Assembly: GCA_976551045.1 (NCBI GenBank)
Contig: CDPCPM010000231.1
Location: 2,356,001-2,420,000 of the forward strand
Source of the DNA: Glaucostegus cemiculus
Taxonomy: Eukaryota
Reading direction: 5' to 3'
DNA length: 64,000 nt
Shown here: piece after piece, positions 27,304 through 37,635 of the stretch
Position numbering within the stretch: the first letter of the stretch is position 1
Layout: each line of letters begins with the position of its first letter
Notes under the pieces: model-generated
Seen by the model: the letters and a program-made list of their open reading frames with translations, nothing else
Told to the model about the DNA's origin: nothing
Database searches by the model: none
Translations under genes and position numbers: made by a program

Positions 27304-28976
27304 CTACAATTTAAAAAGAAATGCAAATCAATTAAGGAGCCCAACTTCTAAATGAAAATTCTTAGTGATTATGTTGCCACATGTTGTACAACACTGTAAA
27401 AGGAACAAAATTGCATAGCATGTATCACAATGTAATTGTTGAGACATTTAAGCCATAGGAAGTGATCTTTATGTTAATGGACTATTCACCAACTTGCAGA
27501 AATGAAATGTTCACATCAAAAATTTATTATCAAAATGAGGTGTTAGAACATGGTATTCCTTCCCTCCAGGTTTCATGAAGCTGAACACAATGCTGATACA
27601 CAGGGATGGAAAGTTGCATGGTATACAACCTTATGCTGAACAAGCCACATGCAGCTTTGCATAAAGCTTACGAACAGATCGAATACCCAAATCTCAACTG
27701 AGTAGTAGTACATATCATGGTGCAGTAAACAGAGACACCTGCTTTCAAAACTACAGATATAGAAGTCATGAGCTGGAGATCCTATTGTATAACCCCTACA
27801 CGTGATATTAATTGTGTAGAAGTGCCATAGCTATTAATGAAGGCCATTCATATTGAGTTAATATTGGTACTCAAGATGCTTACCAAGGTCCATCAAGAAT
27901 TTATAATTGACAGAAAATTAATTTTCTCTAATACGTTTTCTAAAATTTCTAAAACTTAATGGTGCGTCTTCTCTCTAAATCCATGTACCTTCCCGATTTC
28001 ATATTCTGTGGGCACTTATAGTCTAATTTCCCTATTGCTCCTTTTATCTATGGATCAATTCCATTTATCAAGGTCCTATATGCCCATTCACATCACCACA
28101 CAATCAGTCTAAAATTCCTGCAATTTGTAGGGTAGTTTCCTAACAGGTACTTCTCAACTGCTCTCCAATATTGGATGAACCACAATATTCCAATCCTGGG
28201 TATTTGTGCTGGGAATAAAACAGTTAAATTTATTGTGCTTACGTGCTTTGATCGCCTTCAACTGGTTTAATTTCATTTTAATATTTCTATAAATGTAATT
28301 TTAATAGTTTTTCTATTCATATTCTAATTGTTCTGATTTTTTTTTACAACCAGCTAATGTGGCAATGCTGCCTTGCTGGTTGTCAACATTTCTATTAAGA
28401 ATTGGAGGCAGGCTTCTGTGCTAAACATGTCTGGTCTTAGTAGATAGCCAAGCAGAGGTGGCTTGCTGATGTCAGGAAATTCTCATTCCACATGCCATTG
28501 GTTATAATTGTAGCTATATTACCAAACTAATGATTTCGAGGGCTGTAGGAATACTCCAGAGAATAAGTTCATTGAAATATAAAAAACACTGTGGTAGCAA
28601 TTTTAAAAATTCAGCTGCTTGATTAAACTTACTTGGTTTGTCCTAATCCCACATTGAAGCAGATGGCTTCTCTGCCCTCTTAATACATCAAACTGATAAT
28701 GGTTGAAGAAGGCAACAACTACAAACTTCTCATCAACAACTAAAGATGGGCAATGCAAAATGCTGACCCTGCCAGAAGCATTCACATGCCAGGAATGAAC
28801 AAACTATCAGAGATTACAGAATCTAATAAACAGGCAAATTTGTAAGTACATTTCCCAAGGTGATTATGATTCTTCATTCAGGTCTCTAATGCAGCTTAAT
28901 TCTCTTAAGCAGTGAAGTAGATAATAGCACCAATCATCTATTCTGAAGTGCAACAATAAGCAACAACTTTACATAC

Positions 28977-29047
28977 GGGTTCATATTTCAGTCCTTCTGA
29001 AGCAGCCACCATTGTTTCAGCTAAGTCCAGGACATCTGCACCAATAT
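28977..29047 (-). CDS. ERGIC2: ERGIC2 exon 5
   Basis: YIGADVLDLAETMVAASEGLKYEP; 71 nt; tag acceptor, gtatgt donor. Confidence 0.96.
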
Positions 29048-31612
29048 CTATTTAAAAACAAGAGTATTATCTTAGTGATTGATTACACATTCTCTCGCTA
29101 CTCTCAGATAAAAGCATCAACTTTCTTCAGTAAACACTCCTTGGATTACAAATGTTTGAAATAACCATGTTTTCTTTTATAATGATTCATAAATCACCAC
29201 TGAATTTGATAAAAACCTAATAGAGGTATTATAGAGTAATATTTAGTAACCAAGCACTTAATAAGTATACTAGTCCAAGGACGGTACACATGTATGACAA
29301 CAACTGAAAACAAAATAGAAAATAATTTTCTTTATAAGTACCTTTCAGCTAACAAGTATGAGACCTGGAAACACCAAAGGGCAATTTTATTAAAACTCAC
29401 ATCAAAAACTCGGTAGCATTTATGCCACTTGGAATCAAAGGTATTCAAAGAAGTACTTATTCTGCGAGGTACTCTTCAATGGAGATCATATTAAAAGATA
29501 GGAATCACTCAGTACAGTCACGAGGGTGTGTGTTATTTGGTCACTTGAACTCCTTCCAAAAAAAGAGAACTGACACGTCAGTTAATATATTATTGGTGCA
29601 GTTCTCCTACTAACTACCTATCTGAACATCAGATTCAGCCAGATAATGATATTTGCCAACTAGAAAAGAATGTTCGAGTAGGTTTTAAAAATCAGATCAA
29701 GAACTATAAATGAAAAAAAAGATGCCTCCATGTTTTAGATGATGGTTTCAGGTTCACAGAAAACACATGTTCCAATAGTAACAGATTCTCACAACAGCCC
29801 AGGATTTTTGAAGAACATCTTTACTGTCCAAAGCAACCAAATTATTGCATTCACTTGCCTGGAAAGATGCATTCAGACATTATATATCACCCTGGTAGTC
29901 ACAAAATCAAAAAACACAATTCTCTTTTGTAGTATTTGCAGGCATTATCAAAAACAGAAAGGAGCCTGAAATGTTAACTGTTTTTCTCTTTCTCCATAGA
30001 AGCTGCCCAATCTGCTGAGTATTTCCAGCATTTTCTGTTTTATTATGGTTTCCGTTTGTTGACACTAAATCAAATCCCTTGGTCTTTCCTGCTTTAAAGA
30101 AAACAACCTAGCTTCTTCAGACTATAATCTCTCATGCTGGAACCATTCTATTATATCATTTTGTCAACCCTCTCCAGAAGCTTCGTATCCTTCATAAAAT
30201 GTGGCAACAAGAATTCAACAAAATAATCCTAGGTCAAACTACTGCAGTATGTAGGTTTGACATAACCTATTGGCTGTTGTACATCTCTCCCGAAGATGTT
30301 CATTATACCATATGATTTGTGAAATGTTCTGTAAACCTGATCTACCACTTTCAAAGAATTGTGCACAAAGACCTCTAGGTTTCTGTCCTTACATCCTTGT
30401 AACATTTAATTTCTATTGTCTCTTCTCATTCTTTTTATCAAAGTGCATCATCTCACACTTGGGCATTGTATTTCATCTGCTATGTGTCCACTTATTTCAC
30501 AAACCTGTTCTCATCGAGGTCAATTACTATCTTTATCATTTTACATTTCACTTCAAAGTTTCACGTCATCTGAAAATTTCAGACGTGCCAAAATCCCCAA
30601 AATTCTATCAGCATATATTAAAGAAACAAAATAGATTTACTATTGAAAGTTAGGGAATACTCCTCTCCAGTAAAAGAAACCAAATCATAAACGATTTTCT
30701 GTTCCTCAGTTATTTTGCATCCATGCTGCAACTGCATATTACATCTTGAGGGCTTCTATTCTGCACATGCCTCACGTTTGGTACTTTATCAGGCATCTAT
30801 TATAAATTCATATATATAAAACCAACAGTACTAACATGATCAACCCCTCAGTTGCCTCAAAATCTCAATGCAGTGTACAACATCTACAAAGTGCATAATG
30901 TGAACTTGAAGTTTGTTCAACAGTACCTTCCAATACTGCACCCACTAGCACTCAAAAAGGAAGAGGGTAGCAGGCACACAGAAGTATTACCAACACCAAG
31001 TTCATCTCTCAATACACCAATCCTTTCAAAGGTGATACCTTTCTGTACTGAAGAATTCTGTGATTCTACTATCTACACTTAATTTAATTCCACTATTTAA
31101 AAAAATACTTTGAATTCTGACAATCTTCTTTACTGGTATTATGAGCTTACTGCTCATGTAGCCTTGTGAAACATTCAAATGTATTAGTAACAACACTACT
31201 AGAGGCAGAGTCACAGAACTGTAAGAACAAGTATAATAAAACTGTTGAAAATGAAACTGTTAGACAGAAAAATGAACACCACTTTATGTGTATAGAAATG
31301 AGTGTTGAAAAACAAAAATTTGTTTGTTTTTCTTTCACAAGTTTAATTTTGTCCCCACATAAATTCCGTAAGAGCAAATTTTATTCCATATCTCACATTT
31401 TTGGGGAGTGACCTGTGAAGTCCCGTAACCCAAATGGTTATAACACAGGGTCATCTGTATTAACAATGCAACACGATCTTGTATTTAATTGCGCTAAAAG
31501 GTGCAAATTTACTTTAGCCATGTTTCACAGAAAGTCAACAATTATTAAGCTGTTTCAATACCACACATCTTGAAACAAGACATGAAAATTAATCCCGTAG
31601 CTCTGGAATTAC

Positions 31613-32347
31613 TGTTACGAAGTAGCTTACTACCGGCAAATGTCCCTTTAAGACGGACATTTTTTGTGTGTGTGTGTGCGTATAAGAACGTATTACATCA
31701 ACAGAAGATAAGATGAACGTGATGAGGTCATTAAGAGAAAAAAGAGAGGGAGAGGGAGACAAACAGACGGAGAGAGACAGAAGGGAGGCATGGCAGCCTG
31801 TTTTGTTTCTGTCGATGGATGAAGGATAGTAACTGTGTTTGTCACTACAATCCACGGATGGATTTCTGGAGTAGTCCAGTGGAGTCCACTTTGTCGGTAA
31901 CCTGTAGAAGAACACAGGTGTTTGCATGGACAGTCACGATCCAGGAGTTTTTGGGGGTGAGAAAGTCACTACCGAGTAAGCCCTGAAGTGTCGTCTGAGT
32001 TGTGAGTGGAACATTCGGATTTCGTGATTCCTCTCTAAGCTCTCTCTATATCTATGTTTTGTCTTCGGTGGACGGTGCTTGTGAAGAAGCCTTTATTCGT
32101 GTTTCATCTTATGGCTTATTGAACTGAACTTTAAAAACTAATTGCTGGACTTGGAGTTTAGGAATTTGCCACACACACACGACGAGTAGTTTTTGGGGTT
32201 ACAGTTTAAGATTCTAATATTTTTGTTTTGTACTAATATACTAACTTTTTGTTCTTATTTTACATATTATCGGAAGTAGTTATTAATAAAGTAGTCTTAA
32301 CACTGAAGTATGACTTGGTGTGTTTCTTTTGTTGCTGGTCTTGTAAC
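31613..32347 (+). repeat. LTR copy A (plus orientation)
   Basis: TGTTACGA...CTTGTAAC; AATAAA at ~32285; about 97% identical by eye to the reverse complement of 33616-34349. Confidence 0.9.
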
Positions 32348-32366
32348 CCGGACGAGCCCCCAATTT

Positions 32367-33419
32367 AACCTCTGGTTTACCTGGATTGTCTCTGTAATTC
32401 TTTTGAAAGGTTTTAGTTTGTCCCCATTTGAATTTATGGGTTAAAGCATAATCATCTGCCAACCTAGCAGTTTCTTGTAAAGTGTCCACATTCTTATAAT
32501 CATCAACTACATTTTTCGCCATACACCACCGTTCAAAACATATTCTCTTTCCATTGGCAAACTCCATGTATGTTTGATCTGAAGTTTTCTTCAAATCTCT
32601 AAACTTCTGTCTGTATGCTTCCGGTACCAACTCATACACTTTCAAAATTTCTTGTTTTACCTTTTCATAATCAGCTGCCTCAACAGACAAAGCAGAATAA
32701 GCTTTTTGAGCTTTGCTTTTAATTACACTCTGTAACATAAGAGCCCATTTCCTCTTTGGCCAATTTAAACTCGTAGCAACCTTTTCAAAATGTTGGAAAT
32801 ACTGATCAACCTGATCTTCATCAAAAGGAGGGACTAATCTAACCTCCCTACTGGCTGAAACCTCATCATCAGAATCAGATTCCAAATTCTGTCTCTTCAG
32901 TCTTAAATCATGTTTCCTTTGTTTCTCCCTTTCCTTACTTTCCAACTCCATCCTCTTTAATTCCAACCTCTCTTCCTCTGCCTGAGCTTCAAACTTCATA
33001 CGTTCCCTTTCCCATTCAGCTTCAAATTTCAATCATTCCCTTTCTAACTCAGCATCTATCTTTCTTTGTTCAGCTTGTATCTCTAGTTTCCTCTGTTCTA
33101 ACTTTATCTTTGCTAACTGCACCCGGCCATCAGAAAGCTCTAACTCACTCCCAGAAAACTCCTCCTCCTCCACTGCCACTGGTTGAAAAGTCAGCTTAGA
33201 AATCACCGGTTTAATCTCAGGGAATTCGGCTACCTCACTCACTTCAAACACTTCATTCTCCAAATAATAGTCAACTATCATTTGATAAATAACTGCTTTC
33301 TTCATAGATTGTTTTACAGCTTTAAGGTTTAGCCTTGTAGCAATTTCTACCAACTCATCCTTTCTCGCCACCTTCAATCCCTCTAGGGTTGGTGAATCCA
33401 AAAATGTATCAATATCCAT
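32367..33419 (-). pseudogene. Gmr1-like Gypsy gag (coiled coil plus capsid/SCAN-related region), one in-frame stop, 3'-truncated
   Basis: ORFs 33033..33437 and 32283..33032 share a frame, split by one TGA; motifs LVPPFDE..YFQHFEKVA..LNWPK..WALMLQSV..KAQKAYSAL..YELVPEAYRQKFR; no pol. Confidence 0.85.
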
Positions 33420-33593
33420 TGCTGCTGGTTTCCACACACATAAGCCAATTAAGATAATTTATTGGACCAGCCCCAATGTGTTCAAACTCAGACCTCCAAT
33501 ACCAGTCTTGAGTTTGACTGCAAACCACACTGCAAACCACCCTGGTCAATCTGTGGATTGAATCCCAGAACAACACTCATTAATCTTGGGAAG

Positions 33594-33611
33594 ATCCCGG
33601 ACGAGCCCCCA
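33594..33611 (-). promoter_or_regulatory. tRNA-Pro primer binding site
   Basis: TGGGGGCTCGTCCGGGAT, the canonical 18-nt PBS complementary to the tRNA-Pro 3' end. Confidence 0.93.
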
Positions 33612-33615
33612 ATTT

Positions 33616-34349
33616 TGTTACGAAACCAGCAACAAAAGAAACACACCAAGTCATACTTCAGTGTTAAAATTATTTTATTAATAACTATTTCTGATAATAT
33701 GTAAAATAAGAACAAAAAGTTAGTATATTAGTACAAAACAAAAATATTAGAATCTTAAACTGTAACCCCAAAAACTATTCGTCTTGTGTGTGTGGCAAAT
33801 TCCTAAACTCCAAGTTCAGCAATTAGTTTTTAAAGTTCAGTTCAATAAGCCATAAGATGAAACACGAATAAAGGCTTCTTCACAAGCACCATCCACCGAA
33901 GACAAAAAATAGATAGAGAGAGAGCTTAGAGAGGAATCACGAAATCCGAATGTTCCACTCACAACTCAGACGACACTTCAGGGCTTACTCGGTAGTGACT
34001 TTCTCACCCCAAAAACTCCTGGATCGTGACTGTCCATGCAAACACCTGTGTTCTTCTACAGGTTACCGACAAAGTGGACTCCACTGGACTACTCCAGAAA
34101 TCCATCCGTGGATTGTAGTGACAAACACAGTTACTGTCCTTCATCCATCGACAGAAACAAAACAGGCTGCCATGCCTCCCTTCCGTCTCTCTCCGTCTGT
34201 TTGTCTCTCTCTCCCTCTCTTTTTTCTCTTAATGACCTCATCACGTTCATCTTATCTTCTGTTGACGTAATACGTTCTTATAGGCGCACACACACAAAAA
34301 AAATGTCCGTCTTAAAGGACATTTGCCGGTAGTAAGCTACTTCGTAACA
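33616..34349 (-). repeat. LTR copy B (5' LTR of gag, minus orientation)
   Basis: TG...CA termini with 9-bp terminal inverted repeat TGTTACGAA/TTCGTAACA, followed by a 4-nt spacer and the PBS. Confidence 0.92.
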
Positions 34350-34838
34350 TTCAAATTTGAAAACAAAAGTAACAGCTCTGTACCTTCCTTAAATTTCTAA
34401 TAAGATACAATAAATATATTATTTGAAGCTGGACAGACATTTGAGGCAACTTAGAATGGGTTTCTGTAAGAATGCACTAAATTATATTTTTCCCTAATTC
34501 AATGAAGGGAGAGTAAACTGTGTAGCTGTCCAACACCAGTTGCTGATGAAACAGCCAATACTGCCTATTACTTGGTAACCAGCACAAAGATTAATATGAT
34601 TTAATTGGTATGGCCACAAATCTTTTAAAGTTCAGTTCTTGTTTCTATTAATCCTGTCCTTCACAAGTGATGTACAACAGTAAAATTCTGTTAGGAGCCC
34701 ACATACACAGAATCAAAAGGTCACATGCTAATAAAAAAGTACATTTATTTTCCAAACACGCTACTTTTCCCTCACTATAGTTACTTAAATTAGTATACTA
34801 GTGAACAGAAGCTGGTATAATATTGACACAGTACTTAC

Positions 34839-34885
34839 AATGGCATTTCATTGAAACTGTAATATCTAAATTGATTCTCAGTTTG
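34839..34885 (-). CDS. ERGIC2: ERGIC2 exon 4
   Basis: KLRINLDITVSMKCH; 47 nt; cag acceptor, gtaagt donor. Confidence 0.95.
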
Positions 34886-36570
34886 CTGCAAGATAAAAAA
34901 ACAGAAACATTCAAATACCATTCCAATAAAATCATTTTCTTATTCTAAATTAGTCATAAACCAGATTCTAAAATTAAAAGTATTATGAACAACCACATTC
35001 ACTCCCTCTGCTTAGCTGAGATACATATGGTAAACAAACTTCCGTTAATCTTTGATTTTAAATTCACAAATTGAGACAGCAAAAAGCAGCATTTGTGGAA
35101 AAGGGTTCCAAATTTTCCATTTGCATGTGCAGGTGCTTCTAACTTTCAGATGTGAAAGGCCAATAAAGTCTCTTTCAATCCTAGTCTCTCCAACCTGCAG
35201 TAAGTTTTCTCTTTACCTACTTTATCAGCTTACTTAATTATTGCAAAGCCTCCATTTACATGTCAGACTCTAAACTGTACTTCCATAGGTACTGGAAGAA
35301 TACTCATATTGATCAATGCCAGCTCTTTGATTTTCATCTATGTGATGCTGAAGCATGACAAACTGTCATAGGCATCACTTTAAAACACTGATTCCCACAG
35401 GCCCTTACTGACTACTTTCAACAATGCTGCACAAACTGAAACATTTCTGTTGGTGATCTGGATTCCCCCATTGATTATACTCCACGGCACAACAAAGCTA
35501 ACCCTGGTGGTGAAGGTTACAGGGGCCAAAGTCCTGCTGACAGAGCACAATGGTGGGCAGCTTTCTACAGAGTCTTAACTACGAGAGATACATGTCAATG
35601 ATGACTGAGACATGGAGAAAGTCTGATCGGAAGCTTCAGATTTCTTTCCATACAATTAACAATACTTTTTCTTAATTCCCCAGGCAAACAATTTTCAGCA
35701 TGGCATGACAAAACTACAAAAAAAAAAGATTTTTCATATTTAAAAAAGTACTTAAACATTCTTTTGTATTTGCATACACAATGAATTTCACCTTCATTTA
35801 AAAAAAAATTAGTTAACTAGATAAAAGATTATTAAAAGGCTTGGGGTTCTTTTGGACCTTGAACTTTTGACAAAATCTTTCCTGCAGGCAGCATCTATAA
35901 AAGAGGACTCTTACTGCATCTTGATACTTATGGTTGGAAAGTTACATAGTGCATGTCTACTTTCCCAGGCACGTGATCATCATCGCTGCAAGGCTTCAGC
36001 TGGAAGCACAGTCAGAAATTTACCTCTCAGATAAAGCATTAGCTGGGAAATGTTCCATTAATGATGTGTTTTAGACACCTTGGGGATTTGTCTCCTCTGT
36101 TTGCAATCTAGGCGAGGAGATTTGACCAAGGGACCAGTGAAAGATGATTTTAAAATAATACCAAATGCCACTCTGAATACATTTGCAGCCTATTCTGATT
36201 GCGACTAATGGCATTGAGACTTTTGACAGCTGGTGAGTCCGAGCGAAGGCCTCACCAGCTGTCAAGGCCATTAAGAAACTGAACCAGCCACTTACAATTG
36301 GGAGAGTCAGCTGGCATCCTTTCAGAATACTGAGTTCAAGACCAAGCTTGAAGAAACAACATGGTCCAAGGCTAGGCAATCAGCCATCAGAAGATCCAGC
36401 GCACTGATATTTCTCATCAGCTCTTTCCACATATCCATCTGAACTGGCATCATCTGATCATTCATCATCTGAACTGGCTCCCTCTTCACCTCTGGGTCCT
36501 CCAGCTGTATGCTTATTGCGGCAAGATTACTACAAAAATGCTCTCAAAAGTAAACAAATCAAATAATCAC

Positions 36571-36679
36571 CTGGCAAAATCTTTGTCCACTTCATAATCA
36601 TACTTCATCCATGTGTCCTGATAGACAAAAAATTCCATAATGGACAACAGAGCTATGGTGGTAAAGGCAATTACAGAAA
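36571..36679 (-). CDS. ERGIC2: ERGIC2 exon 3 (first TM helix)
   Basis: VSVIAFTTIALLSIMEFFVYQDTWMKYDYEVDKDFA; 109 nt, AG/GT boundaries, frame continuous. Confidence 0.96.
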
Positions 36680-36782
36680 CTGTAAAGAAGAAATAATTGT
36701 TATTGTAGCTAAACATTATGAATAGAAGCGTTTTGAAACGGTGTTTAAGAGTACATTAGCCAAGAAGCTAAATTTAAAGTAC

Positions 36783-36888
36783 CTGTTCCACCACTTGTTG
36801 AAGTTTCAATATAACTTTCAGGAATCTTTGGGAAAGCATCAAGCTCCTTCACTAAATTCAGTGCCTTTTTCTTATTTAATCGCCTCAT
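36783..36888 (-). CDS. ERGIC2: ERGIC2 first coding exon (gene exon 2; exon spans 36783-36937 including 5'UTR)
   Basis: Translates MRRLNKKKALNLVKELDAFPKIPESYIETSTSGGT, matching the vertebrate ERGIC2 N-terminus (MRRLNRKKTLSLVKELDAFPKVPESYVETSASGGT); acceptor ttgcag before 36937, donor GT at 36782. Confidence 0.96.
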
Positions 36889-37164
36889 CTTCAAATATAC
36901 ATTCAGGGATTTTCACTTCCAGCTTCATAAATTAAACCTGCAAACACAGTAAATCCCATTAACTTAATCTGGGAAATTATGAAATAGAGGTGACAGTTTT
37001 ATATCAGAAGTGATAATTAGTGTTACACTGTATACCATTCATTACCTCTCTCTCACCACAGAAGACACAAGTTAGGTTATTTGCATCACAAAATGGATGA
37101 GCAAGTCTATTTTAAACAATGATCTCAAATCCGATAATTTTAGGCAATTAGATCTGCTGTAAAG

Positions 37165-37635
37165 TTGCAAGAAATCGCACAGAGTTATGAACACAGCCCA
37201 GTCAACCATGCAAACCAATCTCTTGTCCATTGACTCAGTCCATACTTCTCACTAGCTCAGAAAAGCAGCTGATATTATCAAGGAACCCGTCCACCCTGGT
37301 CATTCCCTCTTCTCCCATAGAGCACAAGATACAAAAACCAGACAGCACAAACAATCAGACTCAAGGGCAGCTTCTAGCCCTCTTATTAGACTTTGAATGG
37401 ACCTCTCATACTCTAAAGGATGAATTCTTAGTCTCCTAATCTTTCATTACAGCCCTTGCACTTTTTGTCTACTTGCACTGAACTTTCTCTGTAAATGTAA
37501 AACTATATTCTGCATTGTTTTCTTCCTGCTACCATAATGTAATTATGCATGACATGATCTGTCTGGATGGCATGCAAAACTAAAACTATTTACTGTATCT
37601 TGGGACATGTGACAATAATAAACCAAAACCAATTT
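37165..37635 (+). mobile_element. Rex1-like LINE 3' fragment (approximate)
   Basis: Rex1-type C-terminal remnant and 3'UTR ending caataataaaccaaaaccaat, like 22185-22265 on the opposite strand. Confidence 0.65.

Larger units (their letters stand above)
31613..34349. mobile_element. Gypsy/Gmr1-like LTR retroelement derivative with inverted LTRs and gag-only core
   Basis: Outer ends TGTTACGAAG...CTTCGTAACA; ORFs 31589..31927(-) and 34036..34332(+) are near-identical, which shows the inverted repeat; PBS and gag lie inside. Confidence 0.9.

Noticed and set aside
31589-31927. Duplicated ORF MQTPVFFYRLPTKW... (also 34036..34332)
   Set aside because: Antisense reading of the LTR copies, not evidence of a gene
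31613-34349. DIRS or DNA-transposon interpretation of the long inverted repeats
   Set aside because: No tyrosine recombinase or transposase; TG..CA LTR, tRNA-Pro PBS and Gypsy gag point to an LTR retrotransposon origin
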